In this document: positions 11,001 to 18,324 of the stretch, piece after piece
Layout: each line of letters opens with the position of its first letter
How positions within the stretch are numbered: position 1 is the stretch's first letter
Made by a program: the position numbers and the translations under genes
NCBI GenBank assembly: GCA_017442825.1
Contig: JAFRYZ010000009.1
Coordinates: forward strand, 100,923-164,922
Length of the DNA: 64,000 nt
DNA from: Prevotella sp.
GTDB lineage: Bacteria; Bacteroidota; Bacteroidia; Bacteroidales; Bacteroidaceae
Direction of reading: 5' to 3'
The notes under the pieces: model-generated
What the model was told of the DNA's origin: nothing
What the model saw: only the letters and a program-made list of their open reading frames with translations
Database searches by the model: none

Positions 11001-11167
11001 CCATTAAGGCCACCTTCAAGTCCACAGCTACCGGCATTTCTTCAATTGAAAATGGACAATTGACAATTGACAATGATGCTCCTGCTTACAACCTCGCCGG
11101 TCAGAAGGTTGGCAAGGGCTACAAGGGCATCGTCATCAAGAACGGACGTAAGGTCGTGATGAAGTGA
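8084..11167 (+). CDS. T9SS-secreted modular protein: N-terminal beta-sandwiches, InlB-B/Flg_new-like repeats, one DUF4957/DUF5123-like beta-helix, CTD
   Basis: Signal peptide; FTMPAENV, FTMPAQKV and FDMPNGNV repeat ends; beta-helix ending SIGDPRW; CTD YNLAGQKVGKGYKGIVIKNGRKVVMK. Confidence 0.75.
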   Translation: MKQRLSLLWMLLLCFVAGAWADSEVSPEGGSSNATVNGTSFSIAGTSNAGSGTKISPMSGKGIKVRRDAGVVMAINAGYRIDGVTAYAAANDNSKTFTIEKIEVDGTEFVPAGVTMPITCAQKNASEATTISIPSITARDNITFTFGGTASQGIMEFHVDYTQEQVILQEITDVTLNGASIGETALATLKADKAVTIDGSSLNGIGTLGVTLSSGATTVNRSIDSGNVIYTFTTNNGADSYTVTVTGATKKYDAAQGTVVYYNGDALSNEKKTLTIDGIAFNYASKTFGYANNTDGVTLGETTYKPIKLSTGEAVTVTFPEGKKATKIIVYGWSAGGLGTGKLVNFTDGGEKSVDTSNDIFYANDGSGSVYPSVYEYEVDNWEAFTFQGNGDQPFVVMDFVFASEAPATKYTIGKTILPEGAATFNLTVTEAAAGEEVTATIDPTSVTFAEGWGWNNINEHSLVSLKTESGVDVPFTINDATRSATFTMPAENVIATFQLFPEYQVSLQQAVNGTYKVDGHEAGTGMKRYEGEVSEFTEIVPDFGYKLGTITVTAEDGTDVPVADYKFTMPAQKVTVTVTFVPEPVNLTVTKSGGGDLTAAIQKIKADLAPEAPIKNLTITLEEGNYTVSAPIEASGNIIINGNGATIDASGLLDGEGQPVNMIQWTNIDAAAEWMNGSVSIDGLTVKGLQKALFYSNSKYYAGEFSINNCIVEQAGDATTIDFTKGSVAIDIDVTNSTFYAPTATTKSFYSSQGGQKATEYSSAAIQTFHFENNTMYNLAKGKNFFSHRQSNQTWLAYDVLGNIFVNCGKSGQTIKGMNGGQGGTNPTWNISGNAFNYDGKDTSAAETTGDEAEPIQNSVAGIITFADADAGDFTPTLLMDPSSTSAPESIGDPRWIPLTLVGSYSITVDENIENGTVTADAPYAAVGTEVKVTATPAADYELETLYYEIEGDNGIYEITDGKFDMPNGNVTIKATFKSTATGISSIENGQLTIDNDAPAYNLAGQKVGKGYKGIVIKNGRKVVMK

Positions 11168-11303
11168 GAATAAAGCAAGAACTCGTTCTTGCTTTATCGA
11201 GCGGGAACGAGCTCGAGCTGAAAGCTCAAGGTCGTGATGAAGTGAGAATAAAGCAAGAACTCGTTCTTGCTTTATCGAGCGGGAACGAGCTCGAGCGAAG
11301 CTC
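11164..11303 (+). mobile_element. Two tandem copies of a ~62-64 bp two-hairpin element overlapping the stop codon
   Basis: GTGAGAATAAAGCAAGAACTCGTTCTTGCTTTATCGAGCGGGAACGAGCTCGAGC(T)GAA(A)GCTC at 11164-11227 and 11242-11303, separated by a copy of the gene's last codons. Mobility is inferred, not shown. Confidence 0.75.
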
Positions 11304-11376
11304 AAGATTGTGAAGTAAACAAGCAAAGCCCCCTTCCCCCTAAAGGGGGAGGCCATGAAGAGGCTCATATAAAAAG

Positions 11377-11413
11377 AGGTGGCGGAACCGTAAAGGCTCT
11401 GCCACTTTTTTTT
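11377..11413 (+). terminator. Intrinsic terminator
   Basis: AGGTGGCGGA..TCTGCCACTT stem followed by a T tract. Confidence 0.7.
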
Positions 11414-11422
11414 CATTTTTGT

Positions 11423-11453
11423 TTTGCAGTTTCATAAAAACCTCTTAACTTTG
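11423..11453 (+). promoter_or_regulatory. Bacteroidota housekeeping sigma promoter
   Basis: TTTG (11423-26), 19-nt spacer, TAACTTTG (11446-53); matches the -33 TTTG / -7 TAnnTTTG consensus. Confidence 0.7.
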
Positions 11454-11507
11454 TAGCGAATATATGGAAAACCTTAACCATTCAATTATTATTAACTAAA
11501 AACCAAT

Positions 11508-14500
11508 ATGCTTATGAAAAAGAAATTATTCTTATTGAAGTTAGCTCTTGTAGCTATTGCGGCATTTGCCGTGCAGACTACACTTAGAGCCGCAGAACAG
11601 GTTACATCGACTTATACCTTTACCAACAAGTCATGGAATGCTACGCTGAATGAAGAAGCTGCAAATTGGATATCAGGAAAAGACGGTGCTGGTTTCATGA
11701 ATAACGGAGTACAGGTTACTAACAATGCAAGTTATAGTGGTGCCAATGCTACCTCTCCGGAAGAATTCAACAACATTACAAAAATCGTTGTGACGTACAA
11801 TACCAATAAGGCTGCAGGTGCAGGAACATTGGTTGTCAAGATTGGTGACAATGCTGCGACTACAAAGGACTGGGCGTATAGCGATGCTGCTTCCGATGGT
11901 AGAACCGCAAACTTCACCGCTGAGTTCGACTATGCTACTCCACAATCGGGGGCAGTAACGCTCACGGCTAATACGACAACAAACTCTATCTATGTAGTCA
12001 GTGTGGCTATTACTCATGACCAGTCCGCTGCTACTACCGTTGAGAAACCTGCCTTCTCTCTCGAACCTGGTTCTTATGTTGGTACTCAGAGCGTAGAGAT
12101 TTCTTGTGCTACTGAGGGCGCTGCTATCTATTACACGACCGATGGCACTACACCTACTGCCGAGAGCACAGCTTACACTGGTGCAGTTAGCGTGATCGAG
12201 ACTGCTACCATCAAGGCCATCGCCATCAACGGCGAGGATAAGAGTCAGGTAGCTACTGCTGCTTATACCATACTCGAAAGCATTGCCAACACCGAGGCTA
12301 CCGCTTTGACCATAGAAGAGGCTGTTGCTCTGATTGACAGCAAAGATGCTGCCGTTCTGGCACATGAGGACAATCAGGTATATATAAAAGGTGTGGTTTC
12401 TAAAGTTGATGGAATGAATGCCATCTACAAATCCATTACCTATTGGATTTCTGCCGACGGCACAGAGACCGGTCAGCAGTTCGAAATCTATGGCGGTTTA
12501 AATGTTAATGGTACCACCTTTGATAATATTTCTGATATACAGGTTGGCCAAAATGTTATTGTAAAAGGTAACTTGAAGAAGTTTGGAGACGACGTATATG
12601 AGATGGACAAGAACAACGAGCTGGTGAGATATGGCTCGTTACAGGATATCATTGTCGAACCTGACGAAGGTGATGACATTTCTTTAGCTGTTAATGCTGT
12701 TTCCGCAGGTAAGTTCGTGAAGGACATCTACGTTTACTTGGCTCCGGGCAAGAACTTCACCATCAGTGCGCCTATCGTTGCTCCCGCTGCTTTCGTTGTA
12801 ATGGGTGCTGCGTATGGTACAGATCCGAGTACGATTGACGAAACCGCTACTCCGGCTGTTGTCGATGCTTCTGCACTGACCGGTCCGTTCGTACAGATGA
12901 GTACTGATCCGGCTGTCGATGCTGATGCTAACGGCTTCTATCCATTGGCAGATGTCGGCTTCCTCAACGTGAAGGTGACAGGTCTGAAACAGCAGTTGTT
13001 CTATGCCAACAAGGTGAAGTATCTGATGAACTGCTTCCATCTTGACTTCTGTAACATCCATGTTGCTGGTGGCAACAAGACCATTATCGACACCAATGGT
13101 GGTGGCGTAATCGGTACTCTTGATATGTCTAAGAACACCATCTGGGCAGAGCCTGCCAACACGGGTGCGCTCTACAGTTCACAGAGTGGCCAAAAGGCTA
13201 CTGAAGCCGGACTGGCTGTACAGACCTTCAACATTGAGCGGAATACCTTCTACAACATTGCTTATAGCAGGAATACTTGCTCTCACCGTCAGAATAGCCA
13301 GACGTGGCTGACTTACAATGTTCGCAACAATGTCTTTGTGAACACAGGTAAGAGCGGTCAGGCTATCAAGGGACTGAATGGTGGTGGATCAAGTTCTAAT
13401 CCCACTTGGAATGTTGACGGCAACGCCTTCAACTTCGACGGTGCTGACACCAGTGCAGCAGAAAGCACAGGCGACGATGCAGAGCCTGTACAGAACAGCG
13501 TAGCAGGTGTCTTCGCCTTCACCGATGCTGCCACAGGCGACTTCAACGGTATCTTCAAGGGTAAGACTGCCGAAGCTCCTGCCAAGTATCCAGGCGACCC
13601 GCGTTGGGCTTACACCTACGAGATTGCTCCTACCGACATCGTCATCAATGCTGAGGACATCACCGACGGTAACATCTCCGCTGCATTTGCCGCCAAGACC
13701 GAAAGCGTTGCCAAGATTGGCAATGTTTCCATCAACCTCGATGGCGCTACCAACTATACGATTTCTGCATCTATCGTAGCTCCCGCTTCGTTCACTCTCA
13801 ACGGTAACGGCGCAACCATCGATGCCTCTGCATTGGATGCAGCCATGATTACGACACCTACAGGTGACCTCGCAGAGTGGATGGAAGGAAACTTCACGGT
13901 GAAGGACGTCACCGTTAAGGGTCTGACGAAGGCATTCTATGCAAGTGCTGGTAAGAACTACCTGTACAACGACTTCCTGATTCAGAACTGCGTGATTGAG
14001 CTTGCCGGTACAGCCGGAAATGACTTCGACTTCCGCAAGGGTGGTGTGGCCAAGAACTTCACCATTGACCAATCGACCATCTATGCTCCTGCAGCAACAA
14101 CCAACTCACTGTACACTTCACAGAGTGCCCAGAGAGGTACTGAGGCTCCTGGCGTAACCATGCAGACGTTCTCTATCACCAACTCAACCTTGTACAATAT
14201 CGCCAAGGCTAAGAACTTCTTCACTCACCGTCAGGCTAACCAGACATGGCTTGCCTACACCATTAAGAATAGTGTATTCTTAAATGTCGGCAAGAGCGGA
14301 CAGGTAGTGAAGGGTATCAACCAAGGCCAGAGCGGTGCGAACCCGACCTGGGATATCGAAGGCAACGTCTTCAACTTCGATGGTGCCGACACGAGTGCTG
14401 CAGAAAGCACGGGTGACGAAGCTGAACCTGTAACAGGTTCTATTGCCGGTATCGTAACCTTCACCGATGCTGCCAACGGCGACTTTACCCCGACCCTCCT

Positions 14501-14942
14501 GCTGGCTCCGAGTTCAACGTCCGCTCCTGAGTCTATCGGTGACCCGCGTTGGATTCCTCTCACCTTGGTAGGAAGTTACAGCATTACTGTTGACGAGAAC
14601 ATCGAGAACGGTACCGTAACGGCTGATGCTCCTTACGCAGCTGTAGGTACAGAAATAAAGGTTACAGTTACTCCTGCTGCGGACTACGAGCTTGAGACAC
14701 TGTACTACGAGATTGAAGGTGACAACGGTATCTATGAGATTACCGATGGCAAGTTCGATATGCCTAACGGCAATGTTACCATTAAGGCCGCCTTCAAGTC
14801 CACAGCTACCGGCATCAACAGTATCAATGCAGATGCAGCTGCCGACAATGATGCACCTGCTTACAACCTCGCCGGTCAGAAGGTTGGCAAGGGCTATAAG
14901 GGTGTTGTTATCAAGAACGGACGTAAAGTCGTGATAAAGTGA
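11508..14942 (+). CDS. T9SS-secreted modular protein: CHB_HEX_C/Fn3-associated domain, two tandem DUF4957/DUF5123-like beta-helices, InlB-B-like repeat, CTD
   Basis: Signal peptide; ISCATEGAAIYYTTDGTTPT; two HRQ(N/A)xQTWL...GDPRW units; CTD; paralogue of 8084-11167. Confidence 0.75.
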   Translation: MLMKKKLFLLKLALVAIAAFAVQTTLRAAEQVTSTYTFTNKSWNATLNEEAANWISGKDGAGFMNNGVQVTNNASYSGANATSPEEFNNITKIVVTYNTNKAAGAGTLVVKIGDNAATTKDWAYSDAASDGRTANFTAEFDYATPQSGAVTLTANTTTNSIYVVSVAITHDQSAATTVEKPAFSLEPGSYVGTQSVEISCATEGAAIYYTTDGTTPTAESTAYTGAVSVIETATIKAIAINGEDKSQVATAAYTILESIANTEATALTIEEAVALIDSKDAAVLAHEDNQVYIKGVVSKVDGMNAIYKSITYWISADGTETGQQFEIYGGLNVNGTTFDNISDIQVGQNVIVKGNLKKFGDDVYEMDKNNELVRYGSLQDIIVEPDEGDDISLAVNAVSAGKFVKDIYVYLAPGKNFTISAPIVAPAAFVVMGAAYGTDPSTIDETATPAVVDASALTGPFVQMSTDPAVDADANGFYPLADVGFLNVKVTGLKQQLFYANKVKYLMNCFHLDFCNIHVAGGNKTIIDTNGGGVIGTLDMSKNTIWAEPANTGALYSSQSGQKATEAGLAVQTFNIERNTFYNIAYSRNTCSHRQNSQTWLTYNVRNNVFVNTGKSGQAIKGLNGGGSSSNPTWNVDGNAFNFDGADTSAAESTGDDAEPVQNSVAGVFAFTDAATGDFNGIFKGKTAEAPAKYPGDPRWAYTYEIAPTDIVINAEDITDGNISAAFAAKTESVAKIGNVSINLDGATNYTISASIVAPASFTLNGNGATIDASALDAAMITTPTGDLAEWMEGNFTVKDVTVKGLTKAFYASAGKNYLYNDFLIQNCVIELAGTAGNDFDFRKGGVAKNFTIDQSTIYAPAATTNSLYTSQSAQRGTEAPGVTMQTFSITNSTLYNIAKAKNFFTHRQANQTWLAYTIKNSVFLNVGKSGQVVKGINQGQSGANPTWDIEGNVFNFDGADTSAAESTGDEAEPVTGSIAGIVTFTDAANGDFTPTLLLAPSSTSAPESIGDPRWIPLTLVGSYSITVDENIENGTVTADAPYAAVGTEIKVTVTPAADYELETLYYEIEGDNGIYEITDGKFDMPNGNVTIKAAFKSTATGINSINADAAADNDAPAYNLAGQKVGKGYKGVVIKNGRKVVIK

Positions 14943-15000
14943 GAATAAAGCAAGAACTCGTTCTTGCTTTATCGAGCGGGAACGAGCTCGAGCGAAGCTC
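14939..15000 (+). mobile_element. Third copy of the 62-bp two-hairpin element, on the stop codon of the paralogue
   Basis: Identical to 11242-11303 and followed by the same AAGATTGTGAAGTAAA. Confidence 0.75.
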
Positions 15001-15057
15001 AAGATTGTGAAGTAAAAAGCGGTTGAGCCCCGTATGGGCTATCACCGACAAATAGTT

Positions 15058-15090
15058 AAGCGGCGGTTCCAAACGGACCGCCGCTTTTCT
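15058..15090 (+). terminator. Intrinsic terminator
   Basis: AAGCGGCGGT-tccaaacgg-ACCGCCGCTTTT. Confidence 0.75.
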
Positions 15091-15104
15091 GTTGTTTTCG
15101 TAAA

Positions 15105-15236
15105 GTTATTCTGACAATTTCGCGGAGTTATTCCGAAGGCTCCGGAAGGTTATTCCGAAAGTTTCGGAAGGTTGTTCCGAAGGCTCCGGAAAGTTATTCC
15201 GAAGGCTCCGGAAAGAAGTTCCAAAAACTTCGTAAG
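15105..15236. repeat. 22-bp tandem repeat, 6 units (4 well conserved)
   Basis: GTTATTCCGAAGGCTCCGGAAR at 15127, 15149, 15171 and 15193, with degenerate units at 15105 and 15215. Confidence 0.85.
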
Positions 15237-15404
15237 GTAATTGCCAGTGTAGTTTAACGATTTTAGTTGACTACTTTGAGTCTTATTTGTAGTTGTGGTT
15301 GACTTTGGTTAATACTTAGTTATACTTTCTGTTGACTCTCTTTTGGTTTACTTTTAATTTCAGTTGCTATCAGTTTCTTATTAGTCACAAATAGGGTTGC
15401 TCAC

Positions 15405-18128
15405 TTACTTGACTACAAATTTCTTGCCTTTCTTGATTGCAATGCCTTTGTAGTTGGCGTTCACCTTCTGCCCCGCGAGGTTGAACATAGGAGCATCATG
15501 GTCAGTTGTCAATGGTTCATTGTCAATTGATTCTATGCCCGTTGTTTCGAAGTAAGATGCAAAGTTGAACTGGCGGGTGAGACTGATGCCGTCTTCCTCG
15601 GCTTTCACCGATACGGAGAAGAGCGGACCGGTGCTCTTCGTCGGGGTGACGAGGAGCGTGCCATCGTTGACGGTTCCCTCTCGTGTTCCTTCTACAACGG
15701 TATATTTCGGGTTGGTATAGCCGGCGAAAAAGTCAGCCAGCTTCACCTTCAGCTGTGCTCCGCTGATGAGGAAGTTGGGCAGAGCCACCCAGTTCAGGTA
15801 TTCCTCCAGGTCGGTATAGTCATCGTCGTCGCGGTCGTCGTTGTTGTTGGCTGCATCGGGATTGGTTCCTGTGAGACGTTCGAACCAATTCGGAATGCCG
15901 TCTTGGTCGGTATCCCATCCTGCATCGCGGCTTGCGGTGACGATGCCCAGTTTGTCGAGGTCGAAACCTTCGCACCCCGTATCCTCTTCAGAGTCGATGA
16001 GTCCGGCACGTCCGGAGCGGCTGCCCTTCGTCGAAGTGGTGCCGTTCTTGGTCTCGCTGACCATGCGTTGGTCGTGCTTGTCGAAGAGGGGCAGTGTGCA
16101 ACCCACATCGGAGAGAACGTTTTTGAACGCAGCCTGAGCCGTTTCCATGTTGCCTTCGGGGTTCATGAAGGCGAAGGGCGACGATGGCAGCGGGTCCCAG
16201 TCTACCTTCTGTCCGCCCGACGTGCTGTACTTATAGGTCGTACCTTCCTTGTCCTGGGTCAGCTTTCCGTTGTTCTTCTCCTGCCGGATGTTGCCGTTGC
16301 AATAGACACTCTGCGTGCCCGTTCCCGTTCCTTCCAGCTGCAGGTTCATGATGGTCGATGTGCTGTTGGCACCCATCTTGTAGAAGTTGTTGCAGAAGTT
16401 CATCTCGTGCGTGCCGCCGTCGGTGGCGCGTCCGCCGTAGTTGTAGACCACATTGTTATAGATGTCGTGGTGACCGTCGTAGTTGCCACCGCCGTCCAGT
16501 CCTCCGGAGATACTCCAGTTGCGACCTTCGCAGTGCGCCAGCAAGTTGTGGTGGTAGGAACCGCAGATGCCGCCCATCTCACCACCGCCGATGGTAGCAG
16601 CATAACCGTGCTTGTCGCCACTGGAGTAGTTGGGGTGACCGGCTTGGTTGAGAGCTTCGGATAGCAACGTGCGTTGCAGCGTCATCGACAAGGCTCCGCG
16701 CGAGGAGAATGCTTCGTCGATGGTCCATGATACGGAACAGTGGTCCATGATGCTGTGGTCGTTGCCTGCCATGCCCATGCCGTCGAGTCCGCCGAGTGTC
16801 GTCTCTTCGCTGGTTCCCGCCTCGCTGCCATAGGTTTTTCCGTTGCGTTCGCCAGGAATCTGTCCGTCGATGAGTTTCTTATGGCCCAGTCGCATGCGGA
16901 GGAAACGGGTGATGCCGTCGCTCTGCATACCGAACGGACAGGTGCGCAGCATGATGCCAGCTCCCGGTGCGGTCTGTCCGGCAATGGTCACGAACTTGTC
17001 GGAACAGGTCAGGCGGCTCTTCAGCGAGATGACGCCTGCCACATCGAAGACGATGGTGCGCGGTCCGCTGACTTTCTTGATGCCGTAGCGGAAGGATCCT
17101 GGTATCGGGTTGCTGTCGTCGCCGTTGTCATCGAGGGTGGTGACATGATAGACGGTACCGTAGCGTCCGCCGATGGCATATTTGCCATAACCCTCGGCAC
17201 CCGGGAAGGCAATGCGTCGTGGACGGAACATCCAGACACTTCCTTGGTGGATGTTGCCTGCTGCGTCTTCCTCATCGACGCGCCAGTAGTAGTTGTACTT
17301 GCTGCGCAGTCCGTTGGCAGTATAGGCAGCCGTCGTCGTCGTTGTCATCTTGCTCAGGTTGTTGGCATCGGTACCGAAATAGATGTGGTGCTTCTTTGCC
17401 GATGTTGCCGGTGTCCAGGTCAGGGTGATGTTACCGCCGTCGGCATTAGTGTGTATATCGTTGTTGACGGGGTAGGGTTCCTGTGCCGTCTTCGAGTTGT
17501 CTGCCACGTCGAAGAGCAGTCCGTTGATGATGAGTGTCGTCGTGGTGTAGGATACACCGCTCTCCGGAGTGGTGACATAGGAGATGACGACATCCTTGCC
17601 GCTCTCTGCCGTGAACTCTACATACGACTTTCCCGACTCGGTAATCGACATGACGCGGTTCGACTGCGTGACACTCGATACCGTCTTTACACCGTTGACA
17701 TAGACATCCAGCTTAGGACACGTCACGTTGGCATCCGTCTGGTTGTGGAAAGCCTGCAGCGAGTGCTTGCCAGGCGTGAGGTTGCTGATGGTGAGGTCCA
17801 TCTTCACGGCTCCAGAAGATACATTGGAATGGTCGTCGCCATAGATGAGTACACCGTCGCAGAGCAGTTTCGACTCACTTCTGCCGTCTTTCCACCAGTT
17901 GGACATCACGTGGGTGCCGGCATAGCTGTGGTCGCAAGCCACCGTCAGCGTCACCCCGTTGTTAAACGTCTTGGTGTTGTTGTCGCCTTCGGGCACTTCC
18001 CATATCTCGTAACCCTCTTCGCTGTACTGGCTTTGGTTGGCAGTATAGCGGTTGAAATCGATTTGTTGTGCCTGCAAGGCGGTCGCCGTCATCAATGCAG
18101 TTGTCAGTAAGATTTGTCGCGTTTTCAT
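15405..18128 (-). CDS. T9SS-secreted PL1-type pectate lyase with N-terminal beta-sandwich/Fn3 domains
   Basis: AFPGAEGYG, GGRYGTVYHVTTL, TIAGQTAPG, DHCSVSWTIDE, DTDQDGIPNWFE motifs; CTD FNLAGQKVNANYKG. Confidence 0.88.
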   Translation of the reverse strand: MKTRQILLTTALMTATALQAQQIDFNRYTANQSQYSEEGYEIWEVPEGDNNTKTFNNGVTLTVACDHSYAGTHVMSNWWKDGRSESKLLCDGVLIYGDDHSNVSSGAVKMDLTISNLTPGKHSLQAFHNQTDANVTCPKLDVYVNGVKTVSSVTQSNRVMSITESGKSYVEFTAESGKDVVISYVTTPESGVSYTTTTLIINGLLFDVADNSKTAQEPYPVNNDIHTNADGGNITLTWTPATSAKKHHIYFGTDANNLSKMTTTTTAAYTANGLRSKYNYYWRVDEEDAAGNIHQGSVWMFRPRRIAFPGAEGYGKYAIGGRYGTVYHVTTLDDNGDDSNPIPGSFRYGIKKVSGPRTIVFDVAGVISLKSRLTCSDKFVTIAGQTAPGAGIMLRTCPFGMQSDGITRFLRMRLGHKKLIDGQIPGERNGKTYGSEAGTSEETTLGGLDGMGMAGNDHSIMDHCSVSWTIDEAFSSRGALSMTLQRTLLSEALNQAGHPNYSSGDKHGYAATIGGGEMGGICGSYHHNLLAHCEGRNWSISGGLDGGGNYDGHHDIYNNVVYNYGGRATDGGTHEMNFCNNFYKMGANSTSTIMNLQLEGTGTGTQSVYCNGNIRQEKNNGKLTQDKEGTTYKYSTSGGQKVDWDPLPSSPFAFMNPEGNMETAQAAFKNVLSDVGCTLPLFDKHDQRMVSETKNGTTSTKGSRSGRAGLIDSEEDTGCEGFDLDKLGIVTASRDAGWDTDQDGIPNWFERLTGTNPDAANNNDDRDDDDYTDLEEYLNWVALPNFLISGAQLKVKLADFFAGYTNPKYTVVEGTREGTVNDGTLLVTPTKSTGPLFSVSVKAEEDGISLTRQFNFASYFETTGIESIDNEPLTTDHDAPMFNLAGQKVNANYKGIAIKKGKKFVVK

Positions 18129-18324
18129 TCTGTTGCATATTAATAGTTATAAGAATGACGTTTAGAGCTTGTTTCTGTCCATGCGCGCGTGTACTATTAA
18201 ATAGTGTTACGTTATGGTTACATGTCAGTAAGACAATCGTCTTTTTAAAGCGTGGAGCATGCTTCGCCAATGGATAAATGATAGAGAAGAATGAATATAA
18301 TAACATAGAAAACTAAAGAGAAAG

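Noticed and set aside
11150-11318. CRISPR array
   Set aside because: The would-be spacers are identical, there are only 2 units, and no cas genes are present.
11042-11416. Antisense ORFs with repeated ARARSRSIKQERVLALFSL (also 14514-15002)
   Set aside because: These are translations of the non-coding element on the opposite strand.
15105-15236. CRISPR-like palindromic repeats
   Set aside because: The units are contiguous with no spacers.
16740-18110. Long antisense ORFs (456 aa here; 407 aa at 38267; 529 aa at 45132)
   Set aside because: Shadow frames of real genes caused by codon bias; no independent motifs.
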